This document shows positions 1 to 12,389 of a stretch of DNA of 64,000 nucleotides, one piece after another (position 1 is the stretch's first letter; each line of letters starts with the position of its first letter). A program made the translations under genes and the position numbers. The notes under the pieces are model-generated. The model was given only the letters and a program-made list of their open reading frames with translations. It did not search any database and was not told the DNA's origin. Source of the stretch: Catajapyx aquilonaris (taxonomy: Eukaryota); the NCBI GenBank assembly GCA_000934665.2, contig KZ538004.1:62001-126000 (forward strand). Direction: 5' to 3'.

Positions 1-150
1 GTCCATAAGTAATACTAATGACACATGCCCATTTTATACTAGCCCCCTAGTTAACAGCATTTATAAAGGCATGCCACAATATGGCAGGTAATTTTTTTTT
101 AAAGTGTTTTCTGTTAACTTTTCACACAATCATTTTTTTATCCATTACAC

Positions 151-356
151 CAGTGGTTTCCAACCTTTTACCAACTGCGACCCCCTAAACATGTTTCCAT
201 AAATGTGCGACCCCCCCCCCCCNCCCCTTCTACAACTGACCCATTTCCAGAAAACATACACTCTGTATGGCCGCAAAAATGGTACAATTTACACAGAAAT
301 TGAAGAAGAAAAAAAAGTTGAACAAAGGCTCGCGACCCCCAGGTTGGAAACCACGG
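151..356. mobile_element. hAT-type MITE family A, copy 1
   Basis: TIR CAGTGGTTTCCAACC; perfect 8-bp TSD CATTACAC. Confidence 0.9.
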
Positions 357-487
357 CATTACACATTAATAAGTTTAATAAAATACTGTATTATGTATGA
401 TGTAACCATTAAGTGTATGTGACCAATAACTTACAATGTGGCATACATCCTACAGTGACAAAATGCATATGGAATTCACTACACTAC

Positions 488-611
488 CTTCCTAAGATAA
501 AAGTCATCCTCTATTTGGCCTTCTTCATTCACTAATTCTGCCAGAAGACTTTCATCTACTGGATACATAGAGCCTTCTTCAGGATGTAGCTCAGCTTCTG
601 TCACCTCAGGT
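488..611 (-). CDS. TBC1D16: TBC1D16 coding exon 7 (RPEVTEAELHPEEG...NEEGQIEDDFYLRK); the gene and its TBC domain continue left of the window
   Basis: tttgcag acceptor, AAG|GTAG donor, phase 2 to 0; matches the HPEE...NExGQVEExxxLRK segment that precedes the TBC domain. Confidence 0.92.
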
Positions 612-1114
612 CTGCAAATAATATTGTGATTTCAATGTTATGCAACCATGCAGTCATCAAAATAATCAACAAAATGTATTGGTACATACACCCTTTTTAA
701 TGAAAGTTAAGTGATTGGAAATAACAGCCAAGTTGTGCATCAGTTCTACTGTACATTGTGTTGTTGAGGGTCTGCTGTAAACTCGGTGGAAGAAAACTCA
801 AATAATGATCTGGCGACTACCATTGGGCAAAAACTCAATTTGTCCAATGCACTTTTTGGCCATGGGACAAATAGCTGAAAATGCTTTTTGATGAGATGGA
901 AATTAGACACAAAAGAGAATGGAATGACGGATCAGATAGAAATGTAGCATACAATGAGAAAAAAAGGACTGATTTAATTAATCACCAATTAATCATCGTC
1001 TTCTGTCATGGCAATTAAATGTTATGGATTACGTAGTATATAAGAATTCTTATTCCAATTATTGTGTAAGTATTCTAATCACAACATGAAGCAGTTTTTC
1101 TTTCTTAGATCATT

Positions 1115-1453
1115 GGGGCCGTCCATAATCCGCGCGGACATGTTTTTTTCACCTCCCCCCTCCCCCTCCCCTTTGCGGACAGAAGCGGACAATATTTTAC
1201 CCCCCCCCCCTAAAAATTGCACGGACATGCCCCCCTTGACCCCCCCCCCCTGCCCCCGATTCGCCACACTGAAAGTGTTATTTTCAATAATATATTGGTA
1301 TTTTTTATTTTTCGATATCTACACACAAATTCCTTTTTTCAGAGGCATTACGGTATATTTGAGAGGTCTGACNCCCCCTGTACGGACAAAAGCGGACAAA
1401 GTGCAACGCCCCCTCCCCCCCTTCACTTGCCTGCGCGGATTATGGACGGCCCC
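1115..1453. mobile_element. MITE with 3-bp ATT TSD (PIF/Harbinger-like)
   Basis: TIR GGGGCCGTCCATAATCCGCGC at both ends; internal GCGGACA repeats. Confidence 0.8.
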
Positions 1454-1579
1454 ATTATACATTTTTCACCCTCGTCAGCAGTTGTGTCGATTACATTAAT
1501 AAGAAATATTATAGGTTATGCTCCTCAAATATGTAGAAGTCAGGCAAATTGGAGGATAAGATGAACAGGACTGACTGAC

Positions 1580-1797
1580 CATTTCCATTGGAAGGATATA
1601 GCTGTGTATTCGCTGCTTACATCCCTCCGAAAAGCATTTTTTGCAAATTGTCTTGTTGTCCAAGGGTGCTTTCCCTGAATTGCATTCTTGCCCAATAATA
1701 GTCACCAAATCATCCTTTGTCAAGTTTATCAGGAACCGTTTATGAGCTACCAGAGGAGGTAGAGCCTGGGTGACAAGGTATGGTATGACCTCATAAT
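1580..1797 (-). other. Candidate divergent TBC1D15/17-like exon inside a TBC1D16 intron (DYEVI...LPP...CFSEGCKQRIHSYILP)
   Basis: strong acceptor (tcctgtccctcacttcag), donors at 1620 and 1579, open frame; motif spacing resembles the pre-TBC and TBC-start segment; out of phase with the flanking TBC1D16 exons. Confidence 0.35.
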
Positions 1798-2353
1798 CTG
1801 AAGTGAGGGACAGGAGCACTATACAAAGGTGTACAAAGCAGGTTTATCCTGGAAAACGCTAGCTATTTTTGTGAGGTCCTATGCTCTTTTTTTTGTTACA
1901 TACATGGATTCCTGAGTTCAGCAATGGATTACTGAACCACATAATCTGTGCAGTCAGTATGTATAGGCCTACTGGCCAAGTGTATCCAACTTGGTGCAAC
2001 TGTGCTTTCAAGTTACTTTGAAAACACTGTTACGTAATTAGGTTAAATTTTTATACAATAAAAAACTATGCCACCTAGTCAATTAAAAGTGCCACCAAAT
2101 ATACTATTCACATAATTATGGAAGCCGCCAATTTTCTTTTTCAATTCATTATTTGGGCAAATTCATGTGCGTCTATGCTGCTGTCCCAAGGGGATTAGTG
2201 CAGGACATGTATTTGACTTTCACCCCAACTAGTTTTGGAGTTAGGGTGTTTCTCCTTGGGATGGCAGTATGGTCTAAGACATGATTTAATATTTTTGTGA
2301 TGTTCCCCAAGTCTTTGAGCACTCTTGCCATGTGCCCCATTCTATGTGCTATA

Positions 2354-2777
2354 CAGGGTGTATCTGAACTCAGTGCCCCGACGTATATGACTGCCTTCCT
2401 AGCCACCAGAGGATCGATTTAAGTATAGGGTCATTATGTCTGGCCGCCGCATTACTGAGATAATTGGCCGCAAACATGTAGTACAAAATATCCTGTCGGT
2501 TAGGCCACCCATCGAACCCTCCCCCAGTCAGAAGGCTCTGGAAGGTCTGGGGGAGGGACTTTGTTGGTTTGTTGCCCACAGGTGGTAAGGCCTCTTTGGA
2601 TAGTTACACCAGAAAATTCTATTTAAAAGTCAGAAGGAGCGATTAGGCAAAAATCGCGAAAGAGTGTATCTCAGTAATGAGGCTGCCCAGACATAATGAC
2701 TCCTCTACATAAGTTGATCCTCTGGTGGCTAGGAAGGCAGTCATATACGTCGGGGCACTGAGTTCAGATACACCCTG
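2354..2777. mobile_element. Tc1/mariner-type MITE (CAGGGTGTATC family)
   Basis: about 60-bp perfect TIRs, TA TSD. Confidence 0.9.
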
Positions 2778-3719
2778 TAGAATGGAGCACATGGTTAGGG
2801 GCACATGGTTATGGGCACAACAAGCTACAAAAAAATAACTGATATCGGACAATATGTTATCAAAAAGTGACCCACGATTCTGGAACACCCTGTATAAGGT
2901 CGCTAACATAATCCCTTTGTGTATGGAAATGTACAATTTTTGTCACTTTAACATGTCATAACTTTTGCAAATATGGGCTTCAGCACGAAATATTTCATTT
3001 TTGGTTATCATATATTGTCCTTTATTAGCATATTCTGTTTCATCCTGATTCATTATTATCACCCATGACATGTCCCTTGTGAGTAATTCTATCAGTATAT
3101 TAATTAGCTATTAACCCTTTATCTACCGTCATAAGGAATTTCCCGCGTTGGGGGGGGGGGGGGGGNGGGGGGGTGTTATATTATATTTTAAACCTGTGCT
3201 TTGTCATCGGCCACATCTGGATGAGTCAGCAGTATTTTTTTCCTCACCGCCAAGGTCACCAAAGCCAACCTTTTAACCAGAGCTAGCTATTGACAATTGG
3301 TTATGGGACGACAGTTATTGCATTTTTTCAACAATTCTTCCAATGAATCAGCTGCAATGTGCCAAATTCAAAGTCCAGAAATGTTACATCCATGTTTCAT
3401 AGTAGTTCACTATCTGTTCTTTGCATTTGTTTTGATGTGTATTCAATACTGAATTGGAAGTCTCATGGTATTATAAAGGAAGGCAAGTACTCTCCGTCAA
3501 TAGGGAAAAAAACCCAGACGTTAATAAAATATTATTATTATTAGTAGTAGTAGTAGTAGTTCACTATCTGCCCAATGAGCATGAAGAAATTCATGACCAT
3601 TCATTATAGTTTAGCATGTAGATCGCGAAATTAGGAAATTACACTATTAACCTAATTGCCGTTATCTACTTAGTATAGTAAAGATGGCTGCCATGCCATT
3701 GGGTTTTTTCTAATTACTT

Positions 3720-3986
3720 ATTTATTTATTTATTTATTTATTTATACCCCATTGGGAGAATCGGCACTCCATTATGGGGGTGGAGTACCACCATTGGATG
3801 GGACCAAGGATAGGGAAGGAAGGAAGCGACTGTGGCCTATTATACGGAAACAACCCCGGAGTTATCCTGGGGGGACCGTGGAAAACCACAGAAAACCACA
3901 GTCAGGGTTGCCGGCCCCGGGATTCGAACCCAGGACCTCCCGATTAGCAGTCGGGCTCCTTAACCACTACACCAACTTGCTTCAGT
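3720..3986 (-). mobile_element. tRNA-derived SINE family 1, tail type A
   Basis: A/B boxes (TGGTGTAGTGG, GGTTCGAATCC), (TAAA)n tail, 18-bp TSD GGTTTTTTCTAATTACTT. Confidence 0.9.
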
Positions 3987-4927
3987 GGTTTTTTCTAATT
4001 ACTTCCTTTGTTGTGCCTTGTTTTTCACCATAGTGTAACTAAATGATGCCAATAATTACTAGCTTCAACTCCAAAACGTTTTCATCGGTTATTTTAGCAT
4101 AAGGAAGGAAATATAAGGCAAGGTTGCATTGAATCGGACACGAGTGCAGACAACCGTAACCCGATCCTCAGCCCCTAGATAAGACCTACTAGTAGATATG
4201 GCGTTAAATTCAATTTTTTTTTGCCTTTTTTCGCATCACCATTTGATGACCACAGTATTGACTTAAAAATATCAAATATTTGTCAGATGAAGCTTATATT
4301 GTAACGATTCCAACGACATCTCAAGCATTAACATCATGACCTTGACACTTGAGGTACAGCGATTTTTTCGCCATCCTGAATTCCAGGATAGAGGGAGATT
4401 TAACCCGCATACACAGCCACATGTTACAGGAAAGCCAATTAAGGCATACCGGTACCTGAAGGACCTAACATTACTGCCTCATACTAACAAGTTGAACATG
4501 ATCCATACAGTGCTTTTTCCCAGCAGCACAAGCAATGTGCAAATTGTACACCAGCTGCATTACAGTACAATATCTGTGATATCTGTAAGTGCAATATTGT
4601 ATTCACCACCAACAGGTATCCCTTGAGTGATACAATCTCAATTTTCCACCGCCATGAAGTGATCATATCTCCAACCCCTCCCTATTACCACTTTCAATAT
4701 GATCCTGGGCCAACACTATTTTCTAATCTTTCAGCCCATGACTGGCTGTTTTCCTGCCCAGTGACCCAGGTGGCTTTTATTTCAAGGACCATGTGCTACT
4801 GGATACATTGTTTAGACCTACCCCTTCCCCTTCACAACACAATTTCAGTTCAGAGAGGATTATAGCCATCAGGGATCTTCTCACACCTTGCAACCACTTT
4901 GATTCCTCAGATTAAAGAATTACACAC

Positions 4928-5159
4928 CTGCACACCATAAACTGCCGATAAGACTTATGACGCTCATTGCACCGTGCTTCCTCACTCTCTCCCTCAGCCT
5001 TCATAAGGAAGTTCCAATCTTCAAAAACATGGGCTAGGTGGTCCAAGCCTCCATGGTGGAAATGGAGAATTTTGTACTGACTTTCCATAGAGGCAATGAC
5101 AAGTTGCCCACAGGTACATTCACGATTGCTGAAGAAGAGTCGCAGTGATCGCATCTTTC
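4928..5159 (-). CDS. TBC1D16: TBC1D16 coding exon 6 (GKMRSLRLFFSNRECTCGQLVIASMESQYKILHFHHGGLD)
   Basis: near-identical to the conserved TBC1D16 block MRSLRLFFS...GQLVVASRESQYKxFHFHHGGLD; canonical splice sites, phase 1 to 2. Confidence 0.95.
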
Positions 5160-5228
5160 CTGCAAGGAAAAGCAACGCCTTCTTGCAATGCAAGCAGCTT
5201 TTATAAACTTCACTAAAGTATCACATAC

Positions 5229-6039
5229 CTAAATCTATTGTGAAAACTCCATGTGCTCGACTGCGTCGAATGGGACTAGCAGCTCTAGAAGTGGTCGTGG
5301 ATGATGCCATGGAAGACGGGCCATCTTGAAATGTAAGGTTGTGGTGCAAGGCCAAGGATTCGGGTGTTTCTTCCAACCAATTGTGACCTAGTCTCTTAGA
5401 ATATATTGTAGTCTCAATTGTGGGAGATGGTGGGCATGATTCTAAAAATTGATTGGAAGCCAATGATGTTGAGTCAGAATGACCCTGTGATGTTGATGCA
5501 TGTGCATGACTGCTTCCTTCAACAACTATAGTTGAAAAGTCACTTGTGTATGACTCGGAACAAATGTTACTCTGGTAGCAACTTGACCTTTGATTTTCCA
5601 TCACTGAACCCTCACCACTTTCAGAATCTCCATCTGAATCCAAGCATTTATCATCGTTGTTAGTGTCACAAGGGAACACTTCTGGAGAAATTGTCAGAGA
5701 AGATATATCAATCTCAGTGGCATCTTTTGGTGAAGGAATTTCAGACCTTAATGCTTGAATTGTTTTAGCATCGTCAATTTCTTCACCTTCGTTGTGTGAA
5801 GAGCTCACTTTGGACTCAGTTGAAGTAACAACATTTGTAATGCTCTGATTAATTAGTAAGTTTTTGTCTACATGGTCTACTCGATCAGGCACATTAACTT
5901 TGGAAATGCTTGCACCATGCAAAGCATCTACGGCCCATAACCTATCTTGCTGAGGACTAGTGTTACTCATCACAGTCTTGGCATTGTACATAGGACTAGA
6001 GTTCTGGCACTGACTGTGCACCTCATCATGAGGATTGCT
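5229..6039 (-). CDS. TBC1D16: TBC1D16 coding exon 5 (long Ser/acidic linker ending GVFTIDL)
   Basis: tttccag acceptor, GTATGT donor, 811 nt, phase 0 to 1; end matches TBC1D16 GVFxVDLG. Confidence 0.9.
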
Positions 6040-6364
6040 CTGGAAATAAACAACAACAAAATTCATTATCTGTTCAGTTCCTGTCAAATGTCAATCCATC
6101 ATCACAGTCAATACAGAAAAAGGTGTCATAAAAAGAACCCTGTATTATCACACTTCACCTTTGCACTTCTATCAGCTCAGAACATTATCATTCAAATTGT
6201 GTAGCATGTGATACCCAGTTGTGCTTCTTGGGTTATTTTCCAAAAGTTTCTCCTAACCTCAGTTCATGCAAATAATAACCACACAAACAATCAGGCAATC
6301 ATAACATATAGGATGCTGCAGATAAATTCGTAACATGCAATGCATGTAAATAAGTGCTTTCTAC

Positions 6365-6521
6365 CTTAAGTGATATTCCATCTGATTCATGTCCACTGAC
6401 CCCAATGCCACTATCAACTTGTGAATGGCTGTCTATGTAGGAAGAACTAGGATCTTTTTCAATACTGCAGCAATCAGAAACAGTTGATGCCATGCTGATG
6501 CTATCCTGCCTCTCTGCTTCC
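6365..6521 (-). CDS. TBC1D16: TBC1D16 coding exon 4 (EAERQDSISMAST...DGISLK)
   Basis: ctttgtag acceptor, AAG|GTAG donor, phase 2 to 0, open frame. Confidence 0.8.
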
Positions 6522-6587
6522 CTACAAAGATATACAAGGAAAACATTTTGTATCCACCATACACATCAGTCACCTACTAGCACTCAC

Positions 6588-6737
6588 TTGACAGCAAGTT
6601 TGTAACCTTCATCCATCGAAATTTCACTGCTAATAGAAGCACGACGTAAAAATGGGCTACACATAGTCACGTGAGAATGGAATGAGGGTCCAGGAGACCA
6701 TCGTGGGCTTCCACATCCACTTGTTGATCCACGAGAG
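6588..6737 (-). CDS. TBC1D16: TBC1D16 coding exon 3 (SRGSTSGCGSPRWSPG...YKLAV)
   Basis: tgtag acceptor, GTGAGT donor, 150 nt, phase 2 to 2, open frame linking the neighbouring exons. Confidence 0.8.
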
Positions 6738-6807
6738 CTACATTTAAAGAATGCATAAGTGTCATGACTTCATTTTGTCCTGTAAAATCCATGTAACATG
6801 AACAGAC

Positions 6808-6997
6808 CTTGATGGAGAAACATTTTCAAGAGACAATGGATTCTTATGAAGAGTACTATTGGGTATCCAGCTAAGAATAAGAGTGGGACTTCCACCTTCC
6901 CATTGATGGCACCGAATTGTCAGATATCCTGGGCGATGAATTGGTTCAGATTCCTGTCTGACGGTACTTGGTGGATGCACGCAAACATTGTTTTTAC
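6808..6997 (-). CDS. TBC1D16: TBC1D16 coding exon 2 (CKNNVCVHPP...PGYLTI...TLILSWIPNS)
   Basis: ttgcag acceptor, GT donor at 6807; KNNVCVHPP, PGYL and TLILxWxPNS motifs of the TBC1D16 N-terminal domain; phase 1 to 2. Confidence 0.93.
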
Positions 6998-7443
6998 CTG
7001 CAATCATAACATTCTAGATTACTGGCGTGAATAGATTTCCCACATACCAGCCAACTCTTTTCACATGGCTGCAATTACCTTTTTTCCTAATATAATTAAG
7101 CAACCCATAGACGGAATGGGTATGTTGTCAAAGCAGCAACAGCATTTTTCAATGTTTTGAGGAGCTTTCACATGATCAGTGTAGGTGGTTTTTACTTACA
7201 TGGTGCAGGCAGTCTTTAGGAATAAAAAAACACCTAATTTTGAAATCCACTGATTCTGATCAGAGTGGGATGTTAGTTTCAAAACATATATGGATAATTT
7301 CTGGAGATTTTTTTGCTACTATTGCTTGTGAGTAGGATGTTTCCTATTCTCATAATTGACATGACACCCAAATAACTTTACTTTTGTACCCAAAAAAACA
7401 TTTTTATTACTTGGCTTGCGTAATTTGTGCAATCAATCAAATA

Positions 7444-8361
7444 CGAGGTGCATCCAGAAAGTGAGTTCAGTTTCTTATTAGAAAAACTACAATGCACCCC
7501 CAGAAGTTGTATTATATACCTCTGAAAGCGTCAACTGTCTACCTTTTTTTTTTTTCAACATAAGTTCCAGCCAAATCGAGGCATTTATCATAAGAGTTAC
7601 AGAAGATTTTGTATGCCTATGTCATAGTAGTTTGCCGCTAGTCATTTCCACACCGGACTGCAACTCCTTGTCATCGTCAAACCTCTGCTTGGCATGGCAT
7701 TTCTTCATTCCCATGGACAGGTGGTAATCGCTAGGCTCTAAATCCCGGCTCTAAGGATGGTGATCGAACAATTGTCACTTGAATTGTTGCGGAAGAGTTC
7801 CAGGACTCAAAGCAGTATGCTTTCAGGCATTGTCATGAAAGAAAAACACCCTGAAACTCAACATGCCGCTATGTTTCTTTGGAATGGCCATCCTTAACCT
7901 CTGTAATGTCTCACAATAAACCTTTGGGTTGAACAAATATAGCGTCATGTTGAGTTTCGGAGTGTTTTTCTTGCGCGACAATGCCTGCAAGCATACTGCC
8001 TTGAGTACTGGAACTCTGCCGCAACAATTCAAGTGACAATTGTTTGACCACCATCCTTAGAGCCAGGATTTAGAACCTAGTGATTACCACCTGTCCATGG
8101 ACATGAAGAAATGGCATGCAAAGGAGTGGTGTCATGATGATGAGGAGTTGCAGTCCAGTGGAGAAATGGCTGGCGGCAAACTTCTATGACACATGCATAC
8201 AATATCTTCTGTAGCTCTATGACAAATGCCTCAATTTGGCTGGAATCTATGTTGAAAAAAGTAGACAGTTGAAGCTTTCAGAAGTATATAATATACAACT
8301 TCTGGGGGTGCATTGTAGTGTTTCTAATAATAAACGGAACTTACGTTCAGGATGAGCCTCG
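7444..8361. mobile_element. Mariner-derived fold-back element made of two transposase 3' ends
   Basis: TA TSD, CGAGG termini, about 400-bp inverted arms each carrying decayed (H/R)DNA and SxDLxPSDYHL motifs. Confidence 0.88.
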
Positions 8362-8704
8362 TATTAAAATCTGGTCACCCTTTTAGGAAACCAGAGAACC
8401 CCAAGAAATGTGCAGACGTAGCTAATCAATAATTGAAACTCTTTTCGTATTACAGACTGTTGCTGACCTGGGGATAAACCTCGGGACTCTGACGCATTAA
8501 GCACCATTAATTCCCATGCTGCGCACCTACTTAGTATTATCACTGCACATTTAGAGAACAAAAACATCATCTAAGCAGTCAGGGCTTTACAACTTAAAAC
8601 TGATGCTGTTGTTTATGGTATTGATATTGTCATTGTCATCATCATCGTCACTGTTCTTGTTTCCTCATCTTTTGAGCCCCCTTGATCACACCATATTTAC
8701 TTAC

Positions 8705-8804
8705 AGAACACTATTTCTGAATCCTGAGAAGGTGGTTGTGGATTATCACAGTGGCCAAATCCAAAGAGGTTGGTAGCTCGCTTGAAGAGAGTATTGAGCG
8801 CCAT
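8705..8804 (-). CDS. TBC1D16: TBC1 domain family member 16 (Rab-GAP), first coding exon (MALNTLFKRATNLFG...DSEIVF)
   Basis: ATG at 8804; GTAAGT donor at 8704 (phase 1); resembles the TBC1D16 N-terminus (xxxLLxRA...DGEIIYSKNNVCVHPP); likely acceptor at 8860. Confidence 0.88.
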
Positions 8805-10139
8805 CCTGTGTTTCAATATCCACAGGAACCCATTCTCAGCTCTCTCTCTCTCCTGCTCTCTGAAAGAACAAGATTCATTATAATACTGCAAAAACACTAA
8901 CATCAATTTTAAGTACAGAATATCAGAGTAGACAATTTGTTGAGGATCTCAGAAAGCTATCACCATTTGCACAAACTTCACCATACTACACACAGCAAAA
9001 TCATCTGGCTGTTTAGTAACTAAATAATCATTAATTTCCTTGAATGCCGAGAGATGCGTAAGTCTGAACCCATAGGATATGTCTGACTCTCATAATGTTA
9101 ACAAATTTACTCAATCAGTTACTATACAATGTTAACCATATACTGCAACACTGTAATATGAGAAACTCGTATGGGTCCAGACTTGTGGGGCACGCTGTAT
9201 TCCGCTCAAAAAGATGTGAACAATTTTGCATTGGAACCAAATGTAAAATTATCTCCATCTTTTTGAGTGATAGAGTAGTCTACAATACTGCAATGTCACA
9301 TCTGAGACCAGTTATGACTTGTGGCGTTAGTAGCTCTTGTTCGTCCAACAAACCACATGAATGAGAAACTTTAAAGTAAATATACTAATCCATCAAATGG
9401 CAGGACACACGGCTAAAACTTTAGATTCTAAAATGTTTAATTCATATTGCCCAATTACTGTAAACACAATGGCACATTCTGAACTGTGTTTAGAATATTT
9501 AAACATTTTCCTGGTAGTGTACTTCACAAACAGGCCAATGTGAGTCATGAATGCTTGGAAATTCCCAAAAGGAAGTTTCTCCTGTGCTGGTACAAGCTAG
9601 GTTGTCACAGCATGATTTCAGTCTACCAAGGTATTCAAAACGCGAAAAAGTGTCTACAACCCGTAAAAGTCGAGGGTAATACCGAAAAAACCAACCCAGT
9701 CCACAACTGTCATCAGCTTACAAGTGTCCATCGACACCATATGTTACACTTCGCAAACATCTGGATGGAATCATAACATCTGCAACACCTTATCACCAGT
9801 TTCCTTGAGCATTGCTTTCCATCGTTGCTCTGTTGCGCGTAGGATAAAAATCAGGTATGCCACAATTCCCCTTACAATCCAGCCAAACTCGTCTTATCCA
9901 TGAAGACATTGCTAACGATGTCACGACCTGTCTGCTCTGCTCACATCCACCTGAATATGGGACTAAAGAAAGAGTTACTGAACTGGCCGATGAGGGCGAC
10001 ACTGTCTGGTTGTAATAGCCCGCCATCTTCCAGTCTTCATGGAAATAGAATTTACGGTACTGTATGGTACTGTGTTCCTTCGACCTTCGAAGCTGTGTTC
10101 CCAGAACAAGTTCTGTGAATAACGAAGAATCCAAGGACA

Positions 10140-10300
10140 AATAAAAAACTCGAATCCGAACAAAAACAACAGCATATCCAACTGCCCATTAATATATGTA
10201 TTTATAATAACATAATGGACTAAAATCGCGCGCTTACTGAAGCGAACGCCGCCACTCGGATTGATGTATAAAACATTGTTTGGCTACTATTCCGTTTGGT
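10140..10300. promoter_or_regulatory. Probable bidirectional promoter between TBC1D16 (-) and the zinc-finger gene (+)
   Basis: divergent gene arrangement; repeat-free, CpG-retaining stretch; AAGATGGCG motif at 10021-10029 (-); exact TSSs cannot be determined from sequence. Confidence 0.45.
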
Positions 10301-11931
10301 GCCGGGCATGCATAAGGAGAGTGGAGAAGGGGACGCTGGATCTCTGGTACGAGATTCACAGGAGGATGGGCGGTTAGCGGAATGGAACAAGTGAACATCT
10401 TAGGTCTTGCACAGCAGGTGGTGTTTGCCTCGGATTGAGGCTGCAGTCGGAGCGTCATGTAGGTGTGGATGGGCCAGCCCTGACTCTGCCGCTTTTGTCT
10501 CGCCCGTGGTCTCGCCATTCCAACAGGACTTCTGACCTCTAGAGGTGGGTATTATAGAACAAGCCGAACTTGAAGCTGGTCTTTTTGGGCAGGAGTTTAT
10601 AGGCCCAACTCTCAGTTTTTGTGGGGGGTTTTGCAATGTTGGGGTAGTTTGGATCATCTCTTTGTGATTATCTGTGGTTCAATCTGGGGGCAGATGTGCA
10701 GCTGTGCAGGATGTCTGTACATGTGATGCTCATGAGGTGAAGTTTCTTGACATTGACAGAGCTTTTGAAACTTGGAGGTAGCATCACTTTTCTGTCAGCC
10801 TGTTTTATTGATGTTGAATGTCAGACGTTATGTTAAAGAATGGTCACATATTTTGCCCTTTTGCCACTAGCAGGAGGTACTGAAGAAAGCCAGTAGTTTA
10901 CGTATTGTGTCAATGGTATTACGCAGCATCCTCAAAATAGAAGTTGTTGGAACACGTTTGGATAGGGTCTGGTTTGCAAAATTAGGCATACCTCACCTCT
11001 ACCAGGTTTTTGTTTACTCCTGGACTTTGCCTGTTGGCTTCCATTTTTGCCTATTGTAAGTAGTGCTCCTGCGGAAAGTCAGTGACTTGCACTTGTTGCC
11101 ATTTATCAGGAGTTGGAAACTGAAACAAGTAGAGCAATAGTTTTGCGTGCATTATTTGCATCCACCATCTTTGAGGTACAAAAGGTCACTTGTCAGTTGG
11201 AGTCGAAGGAATCGTGTCTTCTCCCTGTCTTCCACATCTGTGTGATGTGACCTACCTGAAGCTGGTTCACATTGCAAGTGCATCCATTTCAGAAAGGTGC
11301 TGTGTAAATGCATGAAAGTGAACCCGTACTGTAATGATTGCAGAACAGGTTCGAAGTTGAGAGTGCAATTTGAATGGCCCCAATTAAAAGATGCACCAAA
11401 ATAATTATTATTGAACTTTTACACCTGAACATTCCACAGTTCTCAAAGACTCAAATGTCTATATGTAGAAGTTCCACATAACTGGAACTGCTGGCATACA
11501 TAGGATAAAATTCTGCAGAATTTTATCCTATGTATTTTTAGTTTCATCGATTTGAAATACGTGCCAGATTAAGTTTAGCGTTTCCACCACACTGGCTGAA
11601 GGTTCAAGGCAGACAAAAAATTATGGATTGAATTGTGATTGGGAGAAGCAGGTGACCTTTTTTCTTCCCTAGTTACTAAACTCGTTTATTCTGTGAAAAA
11701 TTTAATATAATTATGTGTTGCCAGAGGTCCATCAGACTTTTTCACCAAACTGGAGTGGTGTAACAATCAAAGGGCCAAGTTTTCGTTTATTGAATGTGAA
11801 ACTGAGGAAATAGAGGATAGTGTTTTTGTCAAGTTTGGTATTGAAATTTTATTTAGACCTTTCTAAATTGAATCATCCACAGTTCCACAACTCGAAGTTT
11901 TTATCCAGGTCCTTGGATATTCAATATATGC

Positions 11932-12169
11932 ATGGTGTTACATAATTCGACCACAAAACTTACTGGGTGAATTTCTGGGCACCAGTTGATTACATTACGT
12001 AGAGGTGCCGTTTGGGCTCTACAACCTAGTTGCTGAGATATGAGATATTTATCATGTGGAATGGTCAGTCACTAAGCTGTGGAGACCAGACAGCACCTTC
12101 ACATAAGTAATCCACTGGTGCCCAGGAGTTCACCCCAGAAGTTTTTCAGTTGACTTATGAAACACCTTG
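11932..12169. mobile_element. Decayed Tc1/mariner-type MITE
   Basis: imperfect inverted arms of about 60 bp, CA(T/A)GGTGTT termini. Confidence 0.65.
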
Positions 12170-12389
12170 TATAAGTTCCACTGTACCTCTCTTTTTGATA
12201 AGGGTGGGGAGGGAAGGTCTTAATACAAGGTCATCAAAAAAGAATGCTTGAATTTTAAAACCCTCTAACTTGAGAAGTTGTAGACTACTGGGTGGCATTT
12301 TTGTCCCATTGCTAGTTAAACTGCTAAGTTAGGAGTACCAATGTTGGCACTTGTATTACTAAGTTAGCAGTAACTAGCTGTGGGACACA

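Noticed and set aside
3900..3986. tRNA-Ser(GCT)-like and other tRNA-like sequences (also at 12390, 22190, 35723, 37720, 49850, 55314)
   Set aside because: They lack a proper acceptor stem or the Ser variable arm and are followed by SINE bodies and tails, mostly with TSDs
4440..4870. Possible decayed LINE endonuclease on the minus strand
   Set aside because: Only faint motif echoes with many stops; not supportable without an alignment
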